From the IMG/VR virus record IMGVR_UViG_3300009370_001221, positions 1 to 64,000 of that record: a stretch of DNA of 64,000 nt; one strand, given 5' to 3'. Below are positions 18,891 to 27,205 of this stretch, in pieces (positions within the stretch are counted from its first letter, which is position 1; each line of letters opens with the position of its first letter). Under the pieces are notes generated by a model. That model was not told where the DNA came from and did not search any database. It was given only the letters and a program-made list of their open reading frames with translations. The position numbers were made by a program, and so were the translations under genes.

Positions 18891-19048
18891 TCTTCGCCTT
18901 TAAATAGTGTCCATGCACCATAAATTATTGCGCCCCAGGCCGCCCACTTAACCAGTGGTGAAAATAAGAGGCATACTACACCAACAGCGACTAATACGCC
19001 GCCATCCCATGATGATCTTTCTGCCCATCGTGCTTTTAAATAGTCCAT
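18887..19048 (-). CDS. 53-aa two-helix membrane protein
   Basis: AGGAGA RBS; [53 protein letters not shown]; ATGA overlap; not in ORF track. Confidence 0.7.
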   Translation of the reverse strand: MDYLKARWAERSSWDGGVLVAVGVVCLLFSPLVKWAAWGAIIYGAWTLFKGEE

Positions 19049-19083
19049 ATTGTTATTCTCCTATGGTTTATATTTATAAAATA

Positions 19084-19386
19084 TTAATTATCTGCTTCTA
19101 TTTTTACTTGTAACGGGTAATTATTGTTACGAGATAGTACAGTGGTTTCAATACCTTTTTGTTCTGCTATTTCATACGGCAATACTGCTACTATAGCAAA
19201 CCCTTCTTGATGTATTTTATGTGTCAAATCTTGTGCGGCATCAATGGCATGCATAAAAATAGACATTAAACAATTTACAACAAAATCCATTGGTGTAACA
19301 TCATCATTAATAAAAACTACCTTATACAAAGGTGGTTCTTTTAACTTTAAATTTTCTTCTATTTTAGTTGCAGTATCTGACATCAT
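19084..19386 (-). CDS. clpS: ATP-dependent Clp protease adaptor ClpS
   Basis: PPLYKVVFINDDVTPMDFVV...IHQEG...YEIAEQK...YPLQ. Confidence 0.95.
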   Translation of the reverse strand: MMSDTATKIEENLKLKEPPLYKVVFINDDVTPMDFVVNCLMSIFMHAIDAAQDLTHKIHQEGFAIVAVLPYEIAEQKGIETTVLSRNNNYPLQVKIEADN

Positions 19387-20033
19387 TGTTGCTCATAATT
19401 CTTTTTTGGCCCTTCCATTAAGTCACGTAAATTATATACTATAAATTTTCCTGGATTACGTTGCCCTGCTCGTCCTTTATGTTTAGCGGCTCTCTTCCAT
19501 TCTAAGACCATTGGATTACCTTGTTCTCGTGCTTCTTTTGCTTGCTTTAACTTTTTCTGCAATTTTTTAGTATACGGTAATTTATATAATCGAGTATCTG
19601 TTTTACCTAAATGTTTAACCCATAATTCAATAACTTTACCTTGTCTTTGGCCGTCCATTACAATTACTTTTCCAACAGGAATCGTAGGATAAGCATACCC
19701 TAGAACGTCATTTAACTTATCCATTGTACTATATAATAAGAAAAAAAGCAAGGGAATTGTTAAGAATTTGATGTAAAGTTTCGCAGGAGTACGTATTAAT
19801 ATATAACTAACAAGAATAATTAACAACACCGCAGTAATAAACTCAATATTAAACGCATATAGTATATCATACCAAGCATTCCATTCAAGTTTCTCATCAC
19901 CTGCTATTGTGGAAAAATCTATTGCTTTTTCTTGTGCTGTTGCCATAATATTTGCCTCTGCATTGTTTTGATGATGACTTGCGTCTGTAATGTTTTGAGT
20001 TTCTTGTTGTTCATCAATCATCAATATCCCCAT
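19383..20033 (-). CDS. Membrane protein, third gene of the MotA/ExbB-like cassette
   Basis: Two TM helices then GYAYP...IELWV...RLYKLPYTKKL; start uncertain. Confidence 0.55.
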   Translation of the reverse strand: MGILMIDEQQETQNITDASHHQNNAEANIMATAQEKAIDFSTIAGDEKLEWNAWYDILYAFNIEFITAVLLIILVSYILIRTPAKLYIKFLTIPLLFFLLYSTMDKLNDVLGYAYPTIPVGKVIVMDGQRQGKVIELWVKHLGKTDTRLYKLPYTKKLQKKLKQAKEAREQGNPMVLEWKRAAKHKGRAGQRNPGKFIVYNLRDLMEGPKKNYEQQ

Positions 20034-20845
20034 AAGTGTAAAAATTCTTCTTTAATACCAGCAAAATTGCCAGCAGGATCAGGGGGCACTGGTGACTCAG
20101 GTGTTTGGTCTCCATGTGTACGTTCAATTAAATTTCCGTCAGGGCCTTCATGATATGTTGATTGCCACCTTTGGTCATATACAAATGGTGTCATATATGT
20201 ATTAACATCTGTTATATGATAAATCTTTTCTTCAGTTAGTTCTCCACCTTTTCGTTTAGTATATGTTTCTTCTACTACAGTAAAATTAAACGCTGTTTTT
20301 TCTTGCCCTGGTTTAACCAAATCAAATTTAATTAAACCTTTAGATTTATATGGATTAATTCTAATTAATTCCACTGTGACAGGTGCAGTTATTTCTTCTT
20401 GTGGTACATCTGCAGTAGAGCCTTGCCTATACGCATAATAATGAATATTAACAGTCCATTCGCCTGGAAGGAAACCACGTATTGTAACAATCTCTTGATT
20501 CATATCACTTGTTACATAACGACCATCTGCTAATTGAACAGTGTCATTACTAGTACCTAGATCATCTCGATCCAAATGCATCAGTCCTCTATCCCTGCCT
20601 CTAAAACTAACAATTTGTCCTAATGGATCTCTAACCCACATGTCAATATCTTTAGACGATCCTTCAGGCCAAGTTAATATGAGCAATATCTCTGCCTTTG
20701 GATCTATTTTTTTATCTGTGGGGACAGGAGGTGCTATAAGCAAGAATGCTATAACAAAAAGGAACACAAAACCGATTAAAGTATTAAACAATAAATCAGT
20801 AAATCCTAATCCTGATAGATATCTGTTACGCTTTCCTGTGGTCAT
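20021..20845 (-). CDS. MotB/ExbD-like TM helix plus periplasmic beta domain protein
   Basis: FTDLLFN TM helix with a conserved Asp; LTWP...DIDMWVRDP...LDRDDLG...NIHYY. Confidence 0.6.
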   Translation of the reverse strand: MTTGKRNRYLSGLGFTDLLFNTLIGFVFLFVIAFLLIAPPVPTDKKIDPKAEILLILTWPEGSSKDIDMWVRDPLGQIVSFRGRDRGLMHLDRDDLGTSNDTVQLADGRYVTSDMNQEIVTIRGFLPGEWTVNIHYYAYRQGSTADVPQEEITAPVTVELIRINPYKSKGLIKFDLVKPGQEKTAFNFTVVEETYTKRKGGELTEEKIYHITDVNTYMTPFVYDQRWQSTYHEGPDGNLIERTHGDQTPESPVPPDPAGNFAGIKEEFLHLWGY

Positions 20846-21296
20846 ATTCTAAGTTCATCAATTGTAATTTGGTAATAATTGAGCACACAAGGCCTACCAA
20901 TGTAGTTGTTAACGCGGTACTCATTCCCGCGGCCATATCTCGTATAACTTCCTTGGCTTGTCCTATATTAGTTAAATCTAAGTCAGCAAAAGCGCCACCT
21001 AGCATTATGATAAAACCTGTTACTGTACCAATTAACCCCAAAGTTATCATTGATTCAGCAAAGAACCATGATACTTCTATTGTGCGGAAATTTAAAGGTC
21101 GGCTTTTATAGAGTTTGTATGATTGATGTCCTAAATGGGCAGTTAAACCATAAAACAGTATTAATATACCAAAGCTTATCTTGGTTTGGTCTAAATGCCA
21201 GAGGGTGACCCACATATCGAAATAATGTACTACTGCCGTTGAGGCAAGTACAGCACATGTTATTAGCCACCACTTGAGAAAGCAATTTGATCGCAT
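20826..21296 (-). CDS. MotA/TolQ/ExbB proton channel family protein
   Basis: LGLIGTVTGFI...GMSTALTTTLVGL. Confidence 0.88.
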   Translation of the reverse strand: MRSNCFLKWWLITCAVLASTAVVHYFDMWVTLWHLDQTKISFGILILFYGLTAHLGHQSYKLYKSRPLNFRTIEVSWFFAESMITLGLIGTVTGFIIMLGGAFADLDLTNIGQAKEVIRDMAAGMSTALTTTLVGLVCSIITKLQLMNLEYDHRKA

Positions 21297-21347
21297 TCGT
21301 CGCTCCTAATCCGTCTTCAGTATTTAGCGCAATCTATAAATATTGGA

Positions 21348-22427
21348 ATGAATCCAAATCATAAATTCTTCTGCATAGAACCATATGTTAGTATGTCAAT
21401 AACAGAACCTGGCAAGGTATTTTGTTGTTGTTTACATGAAGGAGGTAAAGTAACTACTCCTGACGATGTATGGAATGATCCTTACCTTAAAGATATTAGA
21501 GCAAAATTTGACCGGGGAGAAATACCAGAAGAATGTGAAGGTTGCGTCGAAAACGAAAAACATAGTGACGGACGCTCGAGTAGAAGACTAGACGTTAACA
21601 GAAATTGGTTAAAACTACATAATAATTATGAAGATTACATCGATTCTGATGCTCCATATAGATTTGATTTTTGGGTAGGTAATTTATGTAATTTAGCATG
21701 TAATACATGTACATCTTATTATAGTTCAACATGGAATACGTTACTACAAAGACCGGCTGGCCATGATAGAAATCACAGAAACAGCATTGATATAAAAGAA
21801 TGGAAACCTATTACTGAAGATCCTCCAAACATTGATTATAAAAATTTAGAATGGATACATTTTAATGGTGGAGAACCATTACTCACAGCTACTCATCTTA
21901 AAACTTTAGAAAAAATACCAAAAGAACAACGAAGTTCAGTACGAGTAGAATATAATACTAATGGTACAGTAAAAGTAGATACTAATAGTGAAAAATACAA
22001 AATCTTTAAAGAATTTAGATCAGTTACCATGACATACAGCATAGATGGCATAGATGATGTTTTTGAAGAAATTCGTTGGCCGGCAAAATGGAATAAAGTA
22101 AGAGATAATATAGATAATTGGGTTGATCAAGTATGTGCAACTAAAGTAAGTGACAATTGGTTTTTTATGATAGGATTCAATTTAACAAAATCAGCATATA
22201 ATTACGATTCAATTAATGAAACAATAGACTACATCAAAGAAAGATGGACTGAACCTGTAAAAAATTATCTCATTCCGGAATACAAAAATTGGAACTATTA
22301 TGATATGATATTCTTATGCAACGATCACAGATCTATGAATTTTACCGATAAAGATTTTGAAGAATTTACACAAACCAAAGAGTTCATACGTGAAAAAGAG
22401 TTAATTGATCGGTTAAGAAAACGATAA
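21348..22427 (+). CDS. Radical SAM protein with N-terminal SPASM/twitch-like domain
   Basis: CNLACNTC (CxxxCxxC), GGEPLL, YNTNGT and SIDG; extra N-terminal Cys cluster. Confidence 0.88.
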   Translation: MNPNHKFFCIEPYVSMSITEPGKVFCCCLHEGGKVTTPDDVWNDPYLKDIRAKFDRGEIPEECEGCVENEKHSDGRSSRRLDVNRNWLKLHNNYEDYIDSDAPYRFDFWVGNLCNLACNTCTSYYSSTWNTLLQRPAGHDRNHRNSIDIKEWKPITEDPPNIDYKNLEWIHFNGGEPLLTATHLKTLEKIPKEQRSSVRVEYNTNGTVKVDTNSEKYKIFKEFRSVTMTYSIDGIDDVFEEIRWPAKWNKVRDNIDNWVDQVCATKVSDNWFFMIGFNLTKSAYNYDSINETIDYIKERWTEPVKNYLIPEYKNWNYYDMIFLCNDHRSMNFTDKDFEEFTQTKEFIREKELIDRLRKR

Positions 22428-22432
22428 ATATA

Positions 22433-22461
22433 TTGACATATCATAGTAATGGTGCTATAAT
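22433..22461 (+). promoter_or_regulatory. Consensus sigma70 promoter of hsp20
   Basis: TTGACA-17nt-TATAAT; AAGGAGG RBS downstream. Confidence 0.75.
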
Positions 22462-22526
22462 ATGTATATGAGTGCTCAATTTGGAGGCTCATAAACTTAC
22501 TCGCTTAACATAAGGAGGAACTTAAA

Positions 22527-22958
22527 ATGACTGAGTATAGAATCACTGCGGGAAATCTTATCCCCACACTTAACCGACACATGGTCGGATTCGATCGCTT
22601 ATTTGGCGATATGGACAGGCTTTTTACACATCAAGCACCGTCCTACCCACCCTACAATATTGAACGCATCAGCGACTCTGAGTATGTAATTACCATTGCC
22701 GTTGCTGGGTTTTCTCAGGGTGATCTTTCAGTAACTGTTGATAATGGACAATTGACTGTCGCTGGTCACAAAGAGGACTCAGACGAACAGAATTGGCTAC
22801 ACAAGGGCATCGCAACACGCGACTTCAGACGCTCTTGGAACTTGGCAGAATATGTCGAAGTTGTATCGGCAGTATGCAAGGACGGAATGTTAAAGGTTAG
22901 TCTTAAACAGGAAGTACCTGAAGCACTGAAGCCAAAGGAGATCGAAATTAAGTTCTAA
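22527..22958 (+). CDS. ibpA: Small heat shock protein Hsp20 (IbpA-like)
   Basis: GFDRLF, SYPPYNI, AVAGF, HKGIATRDF and DGML. Confidence 0.95.
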   Translation: MTEYRITAGNLIPTLNRHMVGFDRLFGDMDRLFTHQAPSYPPYNIERISDSEYVITIAVAGFSQGDLSVTVDNGQLTVAGHKEDSDEQNWLHKGIATRDFRRSWNLAEYVEVVSAVCKDGMLKVSLKQEVPEALKPKEIEIKF

Positions 22959-22980
22959 GTTTCGCTAACCCAAAGAGGAG

Positions 22981-23005
22981 AGGGGGGCATTGTGCCCCCC
23001 TTTTT
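22981..23005 (+). terminator. Rho-independent terminator after hsp20
   Basis: AGGGGGGCA-TTG-TGCCCCCCT followed by a T run. Confidence 0.85.
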
Positions 23006-23020
23006 CTTCACACGGCAGGG

Positions 23021-23341
23021 TTAATATTTTCGTTTACGATGGATGGAATTTTCAGCAACTTCTTTTAAATGTCGCTTACGGGCAATGTCTTTAGCACGTT
23101 TTCTTGCAATACTAGGTTTTTCATATTGTTCACGAGCTTTTAAATCTTGTAATTTACCGGAATTGGCTACTTTCTTTTTAAATTTGCGTAAGGCTTTATC
23201 CACATCACCATTTTGCACCCAAACTTTAAGTCCAGATATTTTTACTGGACTAACTTTATAATCTATTGGTTTTCTATAAGGTTTCTTTCCACCTCTATTT
23301 TTATCCCAACTTGTATTTTTATTATTCCAATCCCGTGCCAT
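23021..23341 (-). CDS. rpsU: 30S ribosomal protein bS21 with N-terminal extension
   Basis: VQNGDVDKALRKFKKKV...REQYEKPSIARKR. Confidence 0.92.
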   Translation of the reverse strand: MARDWNNKNTSWDKNRGGKKPYRKPIDYKVSPVKISGLKVWVQNGDVDKALRKFKKKVANSGKLQDLKAREQYEKPSIARKRAKDIARKRHLKEVAENSIHRKRKY

Positions 23342-23733
23342 TATTCCTCCAATTGTTTTATAGGCTCTATAATACTTTCTATTCTATTTGTGTTAAATAA
23401 TCCTACTAGTTTAGCAGTTTTATCATCACACTTATAATAACAATTACTCTTACTTAATAACCAACCAAAGCATATTGCATCTCTCTCTACTTTTGCCCAT
23501 TTAAGATTAAATATTATTATACTACATCTTAGAGCTGTGTCAAGCATCCATTCTGTATCTCTCTCGGGAGTCATATCATTTATTGCTAAACAGCACTCTG
23601 CATCTATATTATCAAGTACTAATATTAATTCACTTTGTTCGTCTTTACTAAAACCTGATATTAATATGTTTACATCAGCACCATAATATCTATCTGGTGG
23701 TGTTATTATTGTTAATTTATCCGCCGAGGACAT
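23341..23733 (-). CDS. Hypothetical protein
   Basis: IITPPD N-terminal motif; coupled to neighbours. Confidence 0.6.
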   Translation of the reverse strand: MSSADKLTIITPPDRYYGADVNILISGFSKDEQSELILVLDNIDAECCLAINDMTPERDTEWMLDTALRCSIIIFNLKWAKVERDAICFGWLLSKSNCYYKCDDKTAKLVGLFNTNRIESIIEPIKQLEE

Positions 23734-25723
23734 CTTGTCTGCTTAAATAATTTTGTAAGAACTCTTGTTCCTCATCTGTAAACTCTTCTATGTTTACACC
23801 ACTATTTAAGCGAGTAAGTAAATTATCTACCTGTTCCTGATTAAAATTAGCAGTATTTTCAGCACCAGTTAGTTTAGTTTTTAATTGTGCTATTTCTTTT
23901 TCTAACTTTTTAACTTTTTTCTTATCCTCTTTTAATACTACTATGGGAGTGCCTTCTAATTGCTCTGTTTCTACTACAGTTTTTTCTACTATTTTTTCAA
24001 CTTCTACCGGAACTTCCTTAATTACTTCTACTTCCTTAATTACTTCTACAGGAACTTCCTTCTCTACTATTTTCTCAACTTCTACAATTTTTTCTACAAT
24101 CTTTTCAACAGGAACTTCTACCTCTTTAATAACTTCTTTAATAACTTCTACTGGCACTTCTTTTTCTACAATTTTTTCAACAATTTTCTCTACTTCTACT
24201 TCTTTAATTACTTCTACTGGAACTTCCTTCTCTACTATTTTCTCAACAATAACTTCTTTCTCAACAGGAACTTTTACTTCTTTAATGATTTCTTTAATTA
24301 CTTCTACAGGAACTTCTTTTTCAACAACTACTTCCTTTTCAACAACAACTTCCTCTATTCTCACTGTTTCTTCCTGGTTAGAATCCTGCTTCGGCCCAGC
24401 GTGGATCGGTCTTTTTTTTTCGGAAGGATCTCTAAAACGTTTTAATGTCATATTACCAGCAACAACTAATAATACTGCAAGTGGATCAAATACAAATATA
24501 ATTGTAATAATTACCCAACGTACTGCTTCTTCTAATAAATCACGTGTAACATTAGATCCGTATACTAAACCAGCAATGTATTTAATAGGCCCTACTTCTA
24601 CTTCTAACTGGCGTACTTCTGTAGCAAGTACAAAACGTTGCTCTTTAAGTGTATCTATCTGTGTATAGTAATCTTCTATTACTACTTCTAATTCATTTAC
24701 TTTTGTTTCTACTTCATCTGCTTTCATACCCATTTGTTCTTGAAGTTGTTTAATTTCAGCATTAGCTTCATCAATTTCTGATTGGGTATTTTCACGCAAT
24801 TGTGCTATTTTATTTTGATGTGGTCGAATAGCAACTGCTAATGCTTCGCGCAATGCAGTAATTTCTGTTTGCACTTCATTTGAGATGGCAAGTTCATCCT
24901 GCCTTATACCATCTATCTCTTGCTCAATCTCTCTAATTTTAAATGCCAAGGCCTCTCGCTCGGGTTTTTGTTTTTCACGCAATTCTTTACCACGCTTAAT
25001 CCAATCAATCGGTTGTCCCCATGTCCGCTTCTCTACGCCTTTATCTACATATGCTTGAACTTCTTTATCTAATTGTGCTAATTGTTGATTTATACGGTCT
25101 ATTGCTTGTTGTTTAACAGCAACATCATCACGCACACGATCTATAGCATTAGACACTCGTTGTTCTTGTATAGCAATATCTTTTTCTAATTGCGCTCTTA
25201 ATGCTGTTATTTGTTGATTCTCTTGGCTAATACTACTGCTGACTCTACCCCAAGCACCATCACGTATTTCTTCTTGTTGTTCAATAGCTGAGGCAATATT
25301 TGTATTATGCTGACCGTGATCTTTACTTTGCAACCGCTCTATTTTCTCTTTAGTAACATTTACTCGCCCAGTAAATCGATTAATCTTTTCATTAATACGC
25401 TCTACTTTTGCTTCTGCTTGTGTTGTATTACTTGTTTGCTCTACGTGTGCTTTGGATAAAAAGCCAAAGATACCCATAGACGTAATGAACATTAAGACAA
25501 CAACTGCTATAGTAAGATAATACTTTAGAAATTTTGGTATGCGAGCCCAAAACTGGTAGAGCCACGAGGCAGTTACTAACTTACCTATCTCTAATACTAC
25601 ACCCATAATTGCTATAGGCACAGCGGCCGCGGCAAATATTGCCATTAAGCCAATAATACTATAATATGCGGCAACGGCGCTGATCGACAGCGCCGTCAAC
25701 AGAACAAATATTCCAAACTTCAT
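23717..25723 (-). CDS. Membrane-anchored long coiled-coil protein with C-terminal V/E/K/I/P repeats
   Basis: N-terminal TM helices, long heptad region, GPIKYIA...VFDPLAV TM, repeated EKIVEKEVPVEVIKE. Confidence 0.75.
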   Translation of the reverse strand: MKFGIFVLLTALSISAVAAYYSIIGLMAIFAAAAVPIAIMGVVLEIGKLVTASWLYQFWARIPKFLKYYLTIAVVVLMFITSMGIFGFLSKAHVEQTSNTTQAEAKVERINEKINRFTGRVNVTKEKIERLQSKDHGQHNTNIASAIEQQEEIRDGAWGRVSSSISQENQQITALRAQLEKDIAIQEQRVSNAIDRVRDDVAVKQQAIDRINQQLAQLDKEVQAYVDKGVEKRTWGQPIDWIKRGKELREKQKPEREALAFKIREIEQEIDGIRQDELAISNEVQTEITALREALAVAIRPHQNKIAQLRENTQSEIDEANAEIKQLQEQMGMKADEVETKVNELEVVIEDYYTQIDTLKEQRFVLATEVRQLEVEVGPIKYIAGLVYGSNVTRDLLEEAVRWVIITIIFVFDPLAVLLVVAGNMTLKRFRDPSEKKRPIHAGPKQDSNQEETVRIEEVVVEKEVVVEKEVPVEVIKEIIKEVKVPVEKEVIVEKIVEKEVPVEVIKEVEVEKIVEKIVEKEVPVEVIKEVIKEVEVPVEKIVEKIVEVEKIVEKEVPVEVIKEVEVIKEVPVEVEKIVEKTVVETEQLEGTPIVVLKEDKKKVKKLEKEIAQLKTKLTGAENTANFNQEQVDNLLTRLNSGVNIEEFTDEEQEFLQNYLSRQDVLGG
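23965..24360 (-). repeat. Coding tandem repeats (EKIVEKEVPVEVIKEV-like)
   Basis: Multiple imperfect copies visible in DNA and protein. Confidence 0.85.
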
Positions 25724-25758
25724 AATACATATTTATGCTATTTCCAAGCATAAATAAT

Positions 25759-25845
25759 TGGCTCCGGGGGTTGGGATCGAACCAACATTGCCCATTGGGC
25801 ACCCTATAAACGGTAGGGCCTGTATACCTATTCCAGCACCCCGGA
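25759..25845 (-). tRNA. Atypical tRNA, anticodon GUU (Asn), long variable arm, encoded CCA
   Basis: TCCGGGG/CCCCGGA acceptor, G73, CCA; D arm CTG-GAATAGGTATA-CAG; anticodon arm CCCTA-CCGTTTA-TAGGG; variable arm TGCCC-AAT-GGGCA; T arm GTTGG-TTCGATC-CCAAC; 87 nt. Confidence 0.9.
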
Positions 25846-25852
25846 TCATTTT

Positions 25853-26710
25853 TTATCGGTGCATATTTGCTACTATACCACGCAACTTATATTGTTCCAT
25901 CGCATGAATAAAACGTGTCATGCCTATTCCACCACCTACTCTTGGAATAAAATCTAATTGTAAAAAGTCATCTAGTTCTTTTGTTACACGATCTTTACCA
26001 AATGTTCCAAACAATAAATCTGCATACATACCATCACTAATTGTATGAAACATTTCTCGCATTTCAGTAGTGTCACTACTGCGCTCTGCTGAACCAATAG
26101 TTTCCATGCCCGCTATAATTACATCAATTTTTGCGGCCGTTCCGTCACCATTTTGTTTCATGTTCCAAAAAGGACTTGTGTAATTAGGGAAGTTTTTAAT
26201 CATGCAAACTCTACCTTGCCAATTCTTACACATTGCGTCTTCGTGCTCATGCTCGAGTTCTTGAACACCAAAATCCTCGCACCATGCAAGATAATCCTTT
26301 GCAACAACTCCACCCTTAGAACACCAACCTAAGTATTCCATAAGTTCTTTTTCCATTTTTTCTAAATCATTCATGTCACCTGGCATTTCAAATTCAAACA
26401 TTGGGAAAATTAAATCATGTCTACCTTCTACAACATTAGGTTCTTGCCTATAGGATGTTGAAACACAAAAAAACCCCGGGACATGGGGTTTAGTTAAAAG
26501 CTCGTACTCGAGCCACATTTGGCCAGTTTGTGGAAGTGGCCAAACTTCTCCGGCATAGTTATATGTTGCTACAGTTGTTGGATCTTCACACGCGGCTAAT
26601 ATTGATAATCTATTTTGAGTATGTACCTCTTCAAATCCTTTAGCCATAAAAAAAGACCTTAATAGGCCTGTGGCTTCAGTAAACTGTTGAGGGTTAATTA
26701 ATTGCGTCAT
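25853..26710 (-). CDS. Class IIb aminoacyl-tRNA synthetase catalytic-core protein (AsnRS/AspRS-like, no anticodon-binding domain)
   Basis: Motif 1-like LRSFFMAKGFEEVHT, LPQTGQMWLE, motif 2 SYRQEP...RHDLIFPMFEFE, ETIGSAER, motif 3 GGGIGMTR; 285 aa from the GGAG-preceded ATG at 26710. Confidence 0.85.
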   Translation of the reverse strand: MTQLINPQQFTEATGLLRSFFMAKGFEEVHTQNRLSILAACEDPTTVATYNYAGEVWPLPQTGQMWLEYELLTKPHVPGFFCVSTSYRQEPNVVEGRHDLIFPMFEFEMPGDMNDLEKMEKELMEYLGWCSKGGVVAKDYLAWCEDFGVQELEHEHEDAMCKNWQGRVCMIKNFPNYTSPFWNMKQNGDGTAAKIDVIIAGMETIGSAERSSDTTEMREMFHTISDGMYADLLFGTFGKDRVTKELDDFLQLDFIPRVGGGIGMTRFIHAMEQYKLRGIVANMHR

Positions 26711-26839
26711 TCTTATTCTCCAGTCAAATTTTTTTAGGCGCAAGACAAGCCGCCTAAACTGTTTTTATTTATACCTTTTCTTTATTATAGTACAATTAAG
26801 TCAAGTTATTATTATATCAGAAACCACTTTAAATATTAT

Positions 26840-27202
26840 ATGTTACCTACATTCTTAACAATACGAAAAAAGAAAGGCGTTTTTGTCCTATGCGCCGCAG
26901 AAGATATACCACATAGAAGATTTGTCGGAATAACTTCAGTTACTCATCCTCACATTCATGTGGGGCAAGGTCGCGGCCATGCTGGCGAGGGTTCTTTAAT
27001 AACTACAGAATTAGGTGCATTTTTAACAACATCAGACAACCCCAACTGCTCACTGCGAGAAATGATGTTATCAGGTGGTTATGATTGGGGACTACGGTAT
27101 GAAGAAGCATGGTGCTTACATTTATCTATTAACCGACCACTTAAAAAAGGTGAGATATTAACTGTACGATCTTTAACGGAAGGTGATAAAACTATTGATT
27201 AG
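26840..27202 (+). CDS. Degenerate SET-domain-like protein
   Basis: AAEDIP...LGAFLTTSDNPNC...RPLKKGEILTV follows the SET layout but lacks NHS and the terminal Tyr. Confidence 0.55.
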   Translation: MLPTFLTIRKKKGVFVLCAAEDIPHRRFVGITSVTHPHIHVGQGRGHAGEGSLITTELGAFLTTSDNPNCSLREMMLSGGYDWGLRYEEAWCLHLSINRPLKKGEILTVRSLTEGDKTID

Positions 27203-27205
27203 ATT

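Noticed and set aside
23943-24668. 241-aa and 161-aa plus-strand low-complexity ORFs
   Set aside because: Antisense shadows of the VEKIVE repeat region
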